This document shows positions 20,295 through 29,376 of a stretch of DNA of 64,000 nucleotides, one piece after another. Numbering within the stretch: the first letter of the stretch is position 1; each line of letters starts with the position of its first letter. The translations under genes and the position numbers were made by a program. The notes beneath the pieces are model-generated. The model saw only the letters and a program-made list of their open reading frames with translations, made no database searches and had not been told where the DNA came from. The DNA lies in NCBI GenBank assembly GCA_963821525.1, contig CAWGED010000014.1, positions 81,960 to 145,959 of the forward strand. Reading direction: 5' to 3'. The DNA is from an uncultured Gemmatimonadales bacterium (GTDB taxonomy: Bacteria; Gemmatimonadota; Gemmatimonadetes; Gemmatimonadales; GWC2-71-9).

Positions 20295-20972
20295 TTACCC
20301 AAACGTGTCCGCCTGCGGGTCCCAAAAGTCGCCGTGCAGGCCGATGCCTTCGAAGATGCTCCGTATCTCGGTTGGCGCGGGTCGTCGAGATTCTGCGCGG
20401 AGGCGGCTGGAGTACCAGGTCACCGCCATTTGCCACAATTGGTCCATTCGCACCGAAGGCCGGCGCGGCGTCGCTCGGCTCGAGCACCACTGGTCGATGA
20501 GCTCTTCCGACCGGAAGAAGAGCATAGTGCTTCAGGTGAAGACGATGTCCTGCCACCACTTCGCGGCTGGCACCTCACAATGGAACAACCAGTCTGAAGA
20601 CTCGGGCCCATCGAGCCCGACCGTGAGGCGGAGTGTTTCTTTCGACTGTTCGCAACGGGAGACCACCTCCGCCGGACGATTGAGCGCGGCGGGAATGCCG
20701 AAGGCGTCCCAGGCGCAATTCGCATAGTAGCTCACCCCTGCGGCCGTCACCCGATGTTGAGTGGGTACTCCGGAGAACGGAGGCGCCATGCGGATGGTTT
20801 CGCCGTCCGGCTCCAGTACCAGCAGGCGGCTCCGAGCCAGTCTCCCGTACGACTCCCGAACCAGGTCAACCGATTCTCCTACGTGTTTGGCCACCGCGTT
20901 AATACCGGGAGGCTGGCCTCGTTCGGCCGTGCTCCAGTAGATCACGAGCTTCACCTGAGTGTCGAGATCCAC
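20295..20972 (-). CDS. merB: Organomercurial lyase MerB-like protein, probable selenoprotein (in-frame UGA at 20532-20534)
   Basis: ORFs 20532-20990 and 20295-20525 share one frame: YANCAWDAFG (Cys96/Asp99 equivalents), SRCEQS, WWQDIVFT-UGA-STMLFFRSEE (Cys159 equivalent). GTG start at 20972 follows GGAGGA. Confidence 0.88.
20497..20525 (-). promoter_or_regulatory. Putative bacterial SECIS hairpin
   Basis: AUGCUCUUCUUCC-GGUC-GGAAGAGCUCAU; 19 nt lie between the UGA and the GGUC loop. Confidence 0.75.
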
Positions 20973-21005
20973 GGTTCCTCCACCTCTCACTGAATCAGGG
21001 AGCGA

Positions 21006-21422
21006 TCAGGTCTTTCGCTGGGCGAGCCACTGATCTACGCTGGCAGGACCGGGGCCCCACGCCGCAAAGAGCAACCAGATGAACGAGAAGAGCATCACCA
21101 TCTCGCCGCCGTTTTGCCACCACCACATTTTGCCGCTCCCACCCGTGTGGATCCAGAAGTAGGCGACCGCCATCTCTCCCGAGGCGATGAACGCGAGCGG
21201 ACGAGTAAACAATCCCAGAATCAATCCCAATCCGCACACGGTTTCGATGATGCCTGCCGCCCCGAAGCGGGTCGCCAGGTCGGCGGTGCCGTGATTGGGT
21301 CCGAATCCACCGAACCAGCCGAAAAGTTTGGAAGATCCGTGGGTGAAATAGACGAGTCCCGCCGCGATGCGAAGCGCCGCATGAGCGAACGAGCGGAACT
21401 GTAGTTGCGATTCTTCGGCCAC
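21006..21422 (-). CDS. DoxX family membrane protein
   Basis: LRIAAG...HGSSKLFG, GLFTRPLAFIASGEMAVAY, NGGE. Confidence 0.9.
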   Translation of the reverse strand: MAEESQLQFRSFAHAALRIAAGLVYFTHGSSKLFGWFGGFGPNHGTADLATRFGAAGIIETVCGLGLILGLFTRPLAFIASGEMAVAYFWIHTGGSGKMWWWQNGGEMVMLFSFIWLLFAAWGPGPASVDQWLAQRKT

Positions 21423-21459
21423 AACTTTCTCCTCATGTCAGGGTAAGCGTGCTACGGCA

Positions 21460-21921
21460 TCACAAGCCGAACTGTTTCAGATGATAGTCGGTGTGGCGGC
21501 AGGCCCAATGACGCCAGTCCCGCGGCGTCATGGTACCGAACACCGCGTGATTCGTCGGAAAGGCTGCGTCGGGAGCCGACGCCAGGCTCCGCAGCCCATC
21601 AATCGCTCGCCGGCGATCCGATTCGAATTCCCCGGGTCGGGTGCCCGCCCGTCGCGGATCCACCGAGGCGGGTGTCCTCCTTCCCCGAGTCCAGGGGATA
21701 GGGGTATAGAGTGCCAGCCACTTGAGGATGGGACGGTGTTTGGCGGGGCGGTTGCTGTCCGAACGGCCGAGGATGCTGGTACTGCAGTCGGCGATGTGGC
21801 AGACCATCTCCCCCGCTGTCAGGGTCCCCCATTGTCGCTGCGTGTCCTGTCGCAGTCCGCCGAGGCGTGCGACCATCTCGTCGAGGATTGCCGGGGTCGT
21901 GATGGAGCCTGTTGCGGTCAC
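21460..21921 (-). CDS. DinB/DUF1569 family protein
   Basis: RQWGTLTAGEMVCH, HAVFGTMT..DW...HTDYHLKQFG. Confidence 0.85.
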   Translation of the reverse strand: MTATGSITTPAILDEMVARLGGLRQDTQRQWGTLTAGEMVCHIADCSTSILGRSDSNRPAKHRPILKWLALYTPIPWTRGRRTPASVDPRRAGTRPGEFESDRRRAIDGLRSLASAPDAAFPTNHAVFGTMTPRDWRHWACRHTDYHLKQFGL

Positions 21922-22871
21922 GAAGCGACAGCCTCGGGGAGAGCAGCCATGGTGCGGTTGTAGCGAGCCAGGCCGACCGCGAATCCCAGCGCGATCACAC
22001 CACCTACTACCAGTGTGGCGGGTGATGCGCCCATCCGCTCGAAGTACTGAGTGTAGAAATGGAATGCGCCGAAGACGGCGACTGTGTTGACGACCCAGCG
22101 GCGGTTTTGCCGAACTGCCCAGATGCCGGTGCCGATCAATGCCACCGCCCACAACACGGCGAATACCCAGTCGGGAATCAGCTCGCCGCTTCCCAGCGAC
22201 CAGCTCGGCGGGCGGAACCAAAGGGAGTCTCCCCAGAGCGAACCCACCCAGAAACTGAAATTCACCAAAATCAGCGAGGTCCTCGACGCGATGACAGCGA
22301 GGCGTTCGGTCTCCGGGGGCAGCCTCAACGCCAGGCGATACGTCGCCAGGGCGAGAACTGTGAACGCCACCACCGTCAGCGCCGGCTGACGGATCACCAG
22401 CTCGTAACTGGCGTGGTAATAGTTGGTGGCGGCACCGAGGCAGGCGGAAAGGCCGATCACCGCCATCGCGACCAGCATTCCGCTCCGCGCGACGATTCCC
22501 ACTGCGGCACAGATGGCGGTGACCGCGACGTAGCCTTCAATCCTGCCATCGGTATAGATCAGGATGCCACCCGAGACGGTCAGGGCTCCGACCAGGAGGA
22601 GGATCAGGCCGAGGGTGCCCCATTCGTGATGGTATCGCGCCGACAGCGTAATTCCCGCGGCCTCGAGGACGGCACCCAGGGCAATCGAGGCGGTCGCTGA
22701 GCGAATGAGGGCGAGGGCCCCGCCAGTCGTCGCCAGCACACCGAAGCCAATGAGAAGGTTAAGCCCCTGGGAGCCGGTCTCCTGCGATGCCAGCTCCTTG
22801 AGTCGCACACACTCTTCCTGGGTGATCTTGCCTTCGCTCACCAACCGGTCGACATCGAGAGTGATTTTCAG
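21918..22871 (-). CDS. Polytopic membrane protein (DUF2157-like); start possibly CTG
   Basis: About 10 TM segments; N-terminus (L)KITLDVDRLVSEGKIT. Confidence 0.7.
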   Translation of the reverse strand: MKITLDVDRLVSEGKITQEECVRLKELASQETGSQGLNLLIGFGVLATTGGALALIRSATASIALGAVLEAAGITLSARYHHEWGTLGLILLLVGALTVSGGILIYTDGRIEGYVAVTAICAAVGIVARSGMLVAMAVIGLSACLGAATNYYHASYELVIRQPALTVVAFTVLALATYRLALRLPPETERLAVIASRTSLILVNFSFWVGSLWGDSLWFRPPSWSLGSGELIPDWVFAVLWAVALIGTGIWAVRQNRRWVVNTVAVFGAFHFYTQYFERMGASPATLVVGGVIALGFAVGLARYNRTMAALPEAVAS

Positions 22872-22898
22872 GATGATCCTCGCGGCGGAGAGAAGGAA

Positions 22899-23708
22899 TC
22901 AGCGCGGCGTCCACTGCGGGTTTCCGCTCAAGAGGCCGCTTGCGACGCCCGTTTGATAGGCAACGAAGCACCCGAAGGCGAGGCTGAGCAGTCCCGAGGC
23001 GATCCGGAGACGGCCGTGGAACCGGCCGGACCGCTGCGAGGTGATGGCGAAGGGGACAGCAATCAGTTGGGTCAGAAGCATCATGCCGGCCAAAGTGCCC
23101 AATCCGAAGATCAACAGGTAGACCATCGACCATTGCGGATTCCGGATCGTGGTCAGAACCAGCAGCGCGACAGCGGCAGAGCCGGCCAGCCCGTGCACGA
23201 TTCCTACGACGAGCGGACGGATGACCTGGTAAATGCCCGAATGGCCGAGATAACCATCGAGCCACGCCACCGGGGTCCGATCGGCGCGGTGCGGATGCCG
23301 CTCCGGATCGTGGCCGTGGTGATGGCTGTGAACGTAGTCCCCGTGGCTGTGGGGATGCGAATGGGTGAAATCGGCACTCGCGTCGGACCCGGCGCGGTCG
23401 CTCATCCATTGCAGAACTCCGGTCAGATTCATGAGTCCAAGGATGATCAGCATCAAGCCGACCGAAAACTCCATGGAGAGTCCGACCCGAGGCGGAATGA
23501 CCCAGCCAAACAGGATGATGCCGCCGCCCACAACGAGAATGGTGAGAGTGTGTCCCAACCCCCACACCGCGCCGATCAATGCCGCGCTCCTGGTAGAACG
23601 TTGCCGCGCAACGATCGTGGCAACCGCAATGACATGGTCGGCATCGGTGGCATGACGCATCCCCAGGAAGAACCCCAGGGCGGCGACGGCGACGAGGCCG
23701 GTATCCAT
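22899..23708 (-). CDS. High-affinity nickel/cobalt transporter (NiCoT/UreH-type)
   Basis: GMRHATDADH, WGLGHT, His-rich loop, GIVHGLAGSA. Confidence 0.92.
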   Translation of the reverse strand: MDTGLVAVAALGFFLGMRHATDADHVIAVATIVARQRSTRSAALIGAVWGLGHTLTILVVGGGIILFGWVIPPRVGLSMEFSVGLMLIILGLMNLTGVLQWMSDRAGSDASADFTHSHPHSHGDYVHSHHHGHDPERHPHRADRTPVAWLDGYLGHSGIYQVIRPLVVGIVHGLAGSAAVALLVLTTIRNPQWSMVYLLIFGLGTLAGMMLLTQLIAVPFAITSQRSGRFHGRLRIASGLLSLAFGCFVAYQTGVASGLLSGNPQWTPR

Positions 23709-23721
23709 CAGGCGAGAATCT

Positions 23722-24138
23722 TCACTTCTGCCGCGCCCGACCCGTCCGCCCAGCCCGCCTTACCGGCGCTCCGTCTGCCAGCAGGGAGGCCAGACTCTTC
23801 GGCGCCACCGCCTGATAGCTCTCTTCCATCCAGGAGCAAAGAAGTGCCAGCGGAATCCGCTCCGAGCGCTGGAACCGCGCGGTAACCCAGCCGCTCTTGG
23901 CCAGGCCGTAAGCCGTGGGAGAGGCGAAAGGGAGGGTCAGCGCTACGCTGTGCGAGCTGGGGAGCTTGACCGACATGCTCAGCTCGTCTCCCTCCAGCGC
24001 GATAAAGATGAAAGCCTTTCCCTTCACCTTCAGGGCCCGGTGACCCCAGGGGAAGTCCTCGGTCGCTTCGGGGAATTTCATGCCGGCATCGCGCAGCGAC
24101 TTCTCCGCCTTTGCAAGCGTGGTGGCTGACTTGGTCAT
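23722..24138 (-). CDS. MmcQ/YjbR family DNA-binding protein
   Basis: PEATEDFPWG..ALKVKGKAF, WMEESYQAVAPK. Confidence 0.88.
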   Translation of the reverse strand: MTKSATTLAKAEKSLRDAGMKFPEATEDFPWGHRALKVKGKAFIFIALEGDELSMSVKLPSSHSVALTLPFASPTAYGLAKSGWVTARFQRSERIPLALLCSWMEESYQAVAPKSLASLLADGAPVRRAGRTGRARQK

Positions 24139-24665
24139 CCGGTGGCCTGCCGGATGCGTGCGAGCTGCCGCAAATGAACGATGTCATGCCCGGCGTAGAC
24201 CCGCTGCAGGAACGCGAGACTTTCCTCCCCTCGCTCGGCATGGACCCCCACGCGCTCCCTCTCGGTTGGGGTGCTTCGCTCAAAGAGGCGCACGTTGGTG
24301 GCGCGGATCGCGGTAAAGTCCTCCAGCGATTCGGCGGGATCGGCGAGATCGTAGTGCAACCGTTCGGCCCAGAGATCCTGATCGTAGGCCTGAATATCCG
24401 GGCGATCGTGAGCCAGGATCATGCGGAATCGGTACGCCCCCACCAGCTCGGAGTCGGCCAGGTGCTGCAGCACGTGGGCGACCGACCACCGGTCCGGCGC
24501 CTCGCGACGATGAAGCTGGTCCTCGGAAAGGCCCTGGACCGCATCGCGCAATCGCGAAGGGGTGTGTCGAAGCACTTCGAGCGGGGCCTGGGTGCCGAGT
24601 GCCTGGAGCAGCCCCGCGATATAGGCTTGGGCGGCGGCATCGGGCTGAATGGTCGAGTTTGCCAT
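24135..24665 (-). CDS. DinB family protein
   Basis: RWSVAHVLQHLADSE, YDQDLWA, AGHDIVHLRQL. Confidence 0.9.
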   Translation of the reverse strand: MANSTIQPDAAAQAYIAGLLQALGTQAPLEVLRHTPSRLRDAVQGLSEDQLHRREAPDRWSVAHVLQHLADSELVGAYRFRMILAHDRPDIQAYDQDLWAERLHYDLADPAESLEDFTAIRATNVRLFERSTPTERERVGVHAERGEESLAFLQRVYAGHDIVHLRQLARIRQATG

Positions 24666-24761
24666 CGGAGAATGTCTGCGCTTCGATGTTGAAGGATTTC
24701 AATTGCGGGCGGCCCGATATGGCCGGCCGGCTCGAAAGGTAAATGAGAACGGCGGCCGGAG

Positions 24762-24794
24762 AAACAACAGCCCCCACGGCAATGCCGTGGGGGC
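24762..24794 (-). terminator. Intrinsic terminator after the DUF1097 gene
   Basis: gcccccacggc-aat-gccgtgggggc stem followed by a U-rich tail on the minus strand. Confidence 0.8.
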
Positions 24795-24810
24795 GTTCAG
24801 GAGAAGGTAC

Positions 24811-25275
24811 TCAAGCCGCTGGCTTGGCGATCTTGCCCGCGATCAATTCGGAGAGGAAACCCAGCACCGCCCCAGCGACCAGAGCAATGATCGTCTTGGT
24901 GTAGGTGCCGCTGGTACCGACCACGACGCTCACGGCCGTGGCGGCGCCGAGAAACGCGCCCGGGATGAACGAGAGGACGGCCACCTTCGACTGGAGGACC
25001 ATCGCGAGAGCCACCACACCGACCAGCGCCGACAGGACCGGCAGCGTTCCGCCGAGGGTAGTGGAAAGCTTGAGTGCGACAAAGGCCCAGAACACGCCGC
25101 TCAGATTCGACGCGATGGTCTTGGTCAGGCCCGTCGTCTTCCCCCCAGCGGCGAAGAAGGTTCCCCACGCGACAATGCCCGCCCACACAGGGAGTGCGGC
25201 AGGGCCCAGCGCAACATAGGTCCAACCCGCGATCAGAACGCCAATGCTGAGAGCAAGCGCGAGGAGCATGTCCAT
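24811..25275 (-). CDS. DUF1097 family membrane protein
   Basis: WAGIVAWGTFFAAGG, FIPGAFLG, GAVLGFLSE. Confidence 0.85.
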   Translation of the reverse strand: MDMLLALALSIGVLIAGWTYVALGPAALPVWAGIVAWGTFFAAGGKTTGLTKTIASNLSGVFWAFVALKLSTTLGGTLPVLSALVGVVALAMVLQSKVAVLSFIPGAFLGAATAVSVVVGTSGTYTKTIIALVAGAVLGFLSELIAGKIAKPAA

Positions 25276-25420
25276 GACGGCCTCCCAGACAGGGTCAACA
25301 ACAATGGATCGGGTGGACCGCCCGGCGGGCATGGTGGGCGGCGCGATACACTACGTTGCAGGAGGAAACCCGTCAAGGGTGAAGCTGACGAGTACCCGGG
25401 GCAGGGCGGGGAAGTTGGTG

Positions 25421-25783
25421 CTACAGCGACTCGGGGGGAATCGAGACCTGAAACGGTTCGTAGACGAACTTGAAGCTCTCGGGAGGCGTGAGCCAGGGCC
25501 GCGCGAGCAGCGCGCGAATGGCCCGACGCGCTGCCGCACGGACCGGCGGCTCGAGAACGATCTCGCCGATCCGGCGGTCGAGTTCGGCTGCCAGCTTCAG
25601 GCGAGCCTGCCGTTCGGGCTCCGGTGCGTTACCCAGCGCCGCCTCGACATTGCTCCAGGCGCTGAGATACGGGTCCACGTCCAGCAGCGGAAGTAACACC
25701 GGGTGGCGGGACTCGTCCGGGAGGGTCGCCAGTCGCTCGACGAACCGTCGAGCGACCGCGAGATCATCCAGAGCGGATGTCAC
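25421..25783 (-). CDS. Hypothetical protein
   Basis: Helical ORF in operon context. Confidence 0.6.
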   Translation of the reverse strand: MTSALDDLAVARRFVERLATLPDESRHPVLLPLLDVDPYLSAWSNVEAALGNAPEPERQARLKLAAELDRRIGEIVLEPPVRAAARRAIRALLARPWLTPPESFKFVYEPFQVSIPPESL

Positions 25784-25793
25784 CCCGAGCCTG

Positions 25794-26261
25794 CTACTGC
25801 GAGGCCTTCACGGGACGACCCGGCTTGTAGGCCCCGGTCGCCCTGCCGTGCAGGTATTCATACATCCCATCGAAATACTTGGGCTCGAGTCCCAGCGTCT
25901 TGACCGGCGGCATGCCCTTGTCGGGCCGGCCGGAAACCAGGAGCTGAACGAAAGCTTCCTTCGTCGGGATGCCGCCGTCGGGTTTCAGCGCGGCGAGAAG
26001 GCTGGGGCCGAAGCTCGAACCTTGGGCTTCTTCTCCGTGACAGCGGGCGCATACCAGCTGGTACTGCTTCCATCCCTCATAGGTCTCGGGAGGGAGAGTA
26101 TCGAGAGAGGTGTAGTGCGGCGCGTAGGCCACGGTTGCGAGAAAAGTTCGGGGGAGACTGCCGGTCTTCTGAGTGTCTGTCGTTCGCTCGTCGGCCACGC
26201 AGGCACTGAGCGATGCGAGCAGGCTCAGCGCGGCGCGGGAGGAAAGTGTGATGGCGGGCAT
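25794..26261 (-). CDS. Monoheme cytochrome c (lipoprotein)
   Basis: LSAC lipobox, CARCH, distal KGMP. Confidence 0.88.
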   Translation of the reverse strand: MPAITLSSRAALSLLASLSACVADERTTDTQKTGSLPRTFLATVAYAPHYTSLDTLPPETYEGWKQYQLVCARCHGEEAQGSSFGPSLLAALKPDGGIPTKEAFVQLLVSGRPDKGMPPVKTLGLEPKYFDGMYEYLHGRATGAYKPGRPVKASQ

Positions 26262-26315
26262 ATGAATAAGCTCATGTGAATGGGCGTGAGTTGTAGTCCG
26301 TAGTGAAATCTAACT

Positions 26316-26774
26316 TCAAGGCTCCCCACCCCGGATCGGCCGGATGATGATCGTGGACAGCATGGTTGCGACCGGCATGCGGTCCGCGCCGTCGATCGCA
26401 AACACCTCGGCAAGGCAAACGGTTAGGGTACGTCCGGGACGCAGCACCCGACCACAGGCAAGGAAGGTCGGCGCCTTCGCCGGTGCCATGAGGTTGATCT
26501 TGAACTCGACCGCGAGGACATCGGTGTCGGCGGCAGCCAGGCTGAAGGCTGCATATCCATTGGCGGAATCCGCGATACTGGCAACCACCCCGGCGTGGAG
26601 AAAACCGTTCTGCTGGGCGAACTGCGGCGAGTAGGGCAGACTCAGGTGCACCTCGCCGGGAGCCAGATGGGCTATGCTCACGCCGAGCGTTTGCATCAGC
26701 GCCTGGCGACTGAAGCTCTCCTGCACTACCCGGACGAAGTCGGGATTGGCCGGGACAAACGGAGCGGAGCTCAT
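26316..26774 (-). CDS. PaaI family thioesterase
   Basis: QQNGFLHAGVVASIADSANG, VEFKINLMAPA. Confidence 0.92.
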   Translation of the reverse strand: MSSAPFVPANPDFVRVVQESFSRQALMQTLGVSIAHLAPGEVHLSLPYSPQFAQQNGFLHAGVVASIADSANGYAAFSLAAADTDVLAVEFKINLMAPAKAPTFLACGRVLRPGRTLTVCLAEVFAIDGADRMPVATMLSTIIIRPIRGGEP

Positions 26775-26779
26775 GATGA

Positions 26780-27151
26780 TTATTGCCGTTCGTCTTCCCA
26801 ATAGTTCGCGAGGTCTGCTCGGGCCGCTACTGCAAGGTCATGGAATTCACGACCCCGCGCGGCGTCCCGCGCTGCGGCGTCATTCTCACCCTGGGCTTGC
26901 CTCAACGCGCTTCGCAAGGCCAGCAACCTGGCATAGCCCAGGATTCTTTCCGGATCATGGAGTAGCTCGCCGGCGGATCGGGCATCGAGTGTCGGAATCA
27001 ACCGTGCCAGCGAGCCCAACAACGCCTCCACGGCAGAATCAACTTCGATTTGGGCCAGTTCAAGATCGCCGGGCTTGCCGGACCCCAGCAGCCGGGCGAT
27101 GACCCGGGCGGCTTGCTGGATCCAGCGGAGTACTACGTCGCGTTGAGCCAT
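26780..27151 (-). CDS. Hypothetical helical protein (DUF6483-like)
   Basis: QRDVVLRWIQQAARVIARLLG. Confidence 0.6.
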   Translation of the reverse strand: MAQRDVVLRWIQQAARVIARLLGSGKPGDLELAQIEVDSAVEALLGSLARLIPTLDARSAGELLHDPERILGYARLLALRSALRQAQGENDAAARDAARGREFHDLAVAARADLANYWEDERQ

Positions 27152-27174
27152 ACACCAACGGGTCTTGGTCAGAC

Positions 27175-27648
27175 TCAGGATCTGGCTGACAGGACAGCGC
27201 GTAACACTGCTTCCGCGAGAGCATGGATCCCCGGGTCCGTGCTGGCTCGCGGTCCCGCCACGTTGAGCCGGGATCCCGGAAGCGGGTCCAGCCATTCGTG
27301 AATCAGTGCAGCCGCTTCTATGGGATCGTTTTCCGTGAGGTTGACACCCAGGTGGGGCCGGCCGAGGCGAACGGCTTCCAGCTTGGTGAAGGCGGTTCCG
27401 CCCGTCAGCCGGTGGCGATACAGGATCAACGTGGCGTCGCTGTCTTCGACGTTTCGGGTGGTCCGCTCGGAATAGTCCGGCGTTTCCGTCTCCCGTAGCC
27501 CGGCATAGCGCTCGGGAATCGTGCCATCCTCCGCGATCCGGCCAAGCGGGACCCAACCGCCGGTGATGAGCCCCAGGTCGTGTGCCACGTCGAGAGCTGC
27601 GCGGTCTACCCCGGTTTGCGCGCCGGACCAGATCTCACGCACCAGCAT
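27175..27648 (-). CDS. Putative molybdenum carrier / SLOG family protein
   Basis: SGAQTGVDRAALD, RTTRNVEDSDATL, LNVAGPRAS. Confidence 0.9.
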   Translation of the reverse strand: MLVREIWSGAQTGVDRAALDVAHDLGLITGGWVPLGRIAEDGTIPERYAGLRETETPDYSERTTRNVEDSDATLILYRHRLTGGTAFTKLEAVRLGRPHLGVNLTENDPIEAAALIHEWLDPLPGSRLNVAGPRASTDPGIHALAEAVLRAVLSARS

Positions 27649-28189
27649 TCTCGGGATACTTCGCCGCCAGACGAGCGATGGTGTTCAGACCGCGCCACGT
27701 CGAATGGAGCTTAAGGGCCCGTTCCACCAGGCCTCCGGAAAATCTGGATTCACTCTGCCTCTTCCGGCAAAGCCAGTACATCTCCCGCCCATTCACGTGA
27801 AAATCGTCAATCTCGGTCCTGAATCCGTGGACCACCTTGACGCCCTCTGCTTCGAGCGTGTCGGCCAGGAATCCCACATTGAGAGCATAGGCAGCCTTCA
27901 ACTGGGCCTTCGCAAATGGCTCGTAGCGGGCGATTGCGCAGACCTCGGCGGTGGTGCGAAGGAAGGTCTTTACCTCGTATCCGAGATCGGCCTCGAGACG
28001 CCGCTCGATTTTGCGCTCCAGCGAGCTGGGGTCCCTGGCCGGCGAGCTGAAGATCACGTTGCCGCTCGCGATGAAGGTCTCAACGTCCTTGAACCCCAGC
28101 GCCTCGAACGTCCGGCGGAGCTGGTCCATGGTCACCTTGTGGTGACCGCCGACGTTGATGGCCCGCAGGAAAGCCACGTAACGGGGCAT
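27635..28189 (-). CDS. DUF1697 family protein
   Basis: YVAFLRAINVGG, VETFIASGNVIF. Confidence 0.9.
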   Translation of the reverse strand: MPRYVAFLRAINVGGHHKVTMDQLRRTFEALGFKDVETFIASGNVIFSSPARDPSSLERKIERRLEADLGYEVKTFLRTTAEVCAIARYEPFAKAQLKAAYALNVGFLADTLEAEGVKVVHGFRTEIDDFHVNGREMYWLCRKRQSESRFSGGLVERALKLHSTWRGLNTIARLAAKYPENAGA

Positions 28190-28500
28190 CAGCCCACCTG
28201 GGTTGAAAACCACCAGGTATTGCCGCTCGGGTCCTTCACCCCTCCCCGGCGATCGGGATCGCCTGGTTTCTGCTCCGGCGCCTGAACGGCAACTCCTCCG
28301 GCCGTGAGAGCTCGGTTGTAGGTCGCATCCACGTCGGGAACGTAGACATGAAGCCACGTGGGGAAGGGGGGCCAAGTCCCGCCACCCTCCGCGAGCATTA
28401 CGACGGTATCGTCGATCCGCAGCTCGACGTGGGCGATGGTCCCATCAGGCATGTCGAATCGACGGAGCTCCTTCGCATCCAGGGTCTCTTTCAACTGCAT
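28189..28500 (-). CDS. VOC/PhnB-like protein, N-terminally truncated
   Basis: HVELRIDDTVVML, HVYVPDVDATY, RRGGVKDPSGNTWW; first beta-alpha unit missing. Confidence 0.75.
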   Translation of the reverse strand: MQLKETLDAKELRRFDMPDGTIAHVELRIDDTVVMLAEGGGTWPPFPTWLHVYVPDVDATYNRALTAGGVAVQAPEQKPGDPDRRGGVKDPSGNTWWFSTQVG

Positions 28501-29009
28501 CCCTCGACGTACTCCACTTCGGGAAGCCTGCCCGCGCGATACCGAGTGACCCGCTGGCTGTCGGTCTCGAAGATGACCTCGAAGCCGCTGTCCGCCTCGG
28601 TGCGAGGACCGACCGTCACATAGTGTCCCTCGGTGTACTTGTGCGGGGAGACCGTGACCCGCTCCGGATACACCTTCGCGATTTTCGCTTCGTCGTCTCC
28701 CACCGCCACCTTGTGGTTGGTCTGGATTCCCGGTCCGGTCACATCGACTCGCGCGATCTTCCCGTCCACCACCATGAACAGCGGGCCTTTACCGCTGTCT
28801 CCAATCAGCCGGACCATGTGGCACCCGCTCTCCAAGGAGTCGGATCTCTCGAAGTCGCGTCCCCCAGCTTTCGCCGCCTCGGCGATCGTCATGCCTGACT
28901 CGATCGGACCGTAGCCCCGAATCCAGACTTCCCATGGTTCCCCGGACTGGTCCCGATGGCAGGCTGCGATGAGGAGCAGAGGGAACAGCGGGTGAATTGA
29001 TCTGATCAT
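28491..29009 (-). CDS. Hypothetical lipoprotein
   Basis: IAAC lipobox, GYGPIESGMT, PHKY, EVEYVEGCS. Confidence 0.75.
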   Translation of the reverse strand: MIRSIHPLFPLLLIAACHRDQSGEPWEVWIRGYGPIESGMTIAEAAKAGGRDFERSDSLESGCHMVRLIGDSGKGPLFMVVDGKIARVDVTGPGIQTNHKVAVGDDEAKIAKVYPERVTVSPHKYTEGHYVTVGPRTEADSGFEVIFETDSQRVTRYRAGRLPEVEYVEGCS

Positions 29010-29302
29010 TTTTCCGGTGATGGTCCTGCCCCGAGGCCAGGACGGTCGCGAACCTGAGTCAAAACTCGCTCGGCGAAGTCGAGACGCTCCTGCACCTCCT
29101 GGAGCTGGGCGTCCTGGCTTGCCAGCGCGGCCTGCGCGTCGGTGAGGCGGTTGGCCTGATCTTCCAACTGGTGCCTGAGGTCCTCCAGGCCAGCCCGCAA
29201 CTGCGTCGTCCCCGCCCGGTGCTTGACGATCTTTACCAGGGTATCGGCCAGAATGCCGGCCATGATGATGAGGAACAGGCCACCCATGAACTCCACTGCC
29301 AC
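29006..29302 (-). CDS. Small TM + coiled-coil protein
   Basis: TM helix then ...QERLDFAERVL. Confidence 0.7.
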   Translation of the reverse strand: MAVEFMGGLFLIIMAGILADTLVKIVKHRAGTTQLRAGLEDLRHQLEDQANRLTDAQAALASQDAQLQEVQERLDFAERVLTQVRDRPGLGAGPSPEK

Positions 29303-29376
29303 CTCCTGTCAGGCGTCCGCGAATCGGGCCGAAACCAAAGGTGCCCGGAAACCAATTCCTCGGCAATGACGGGAGA

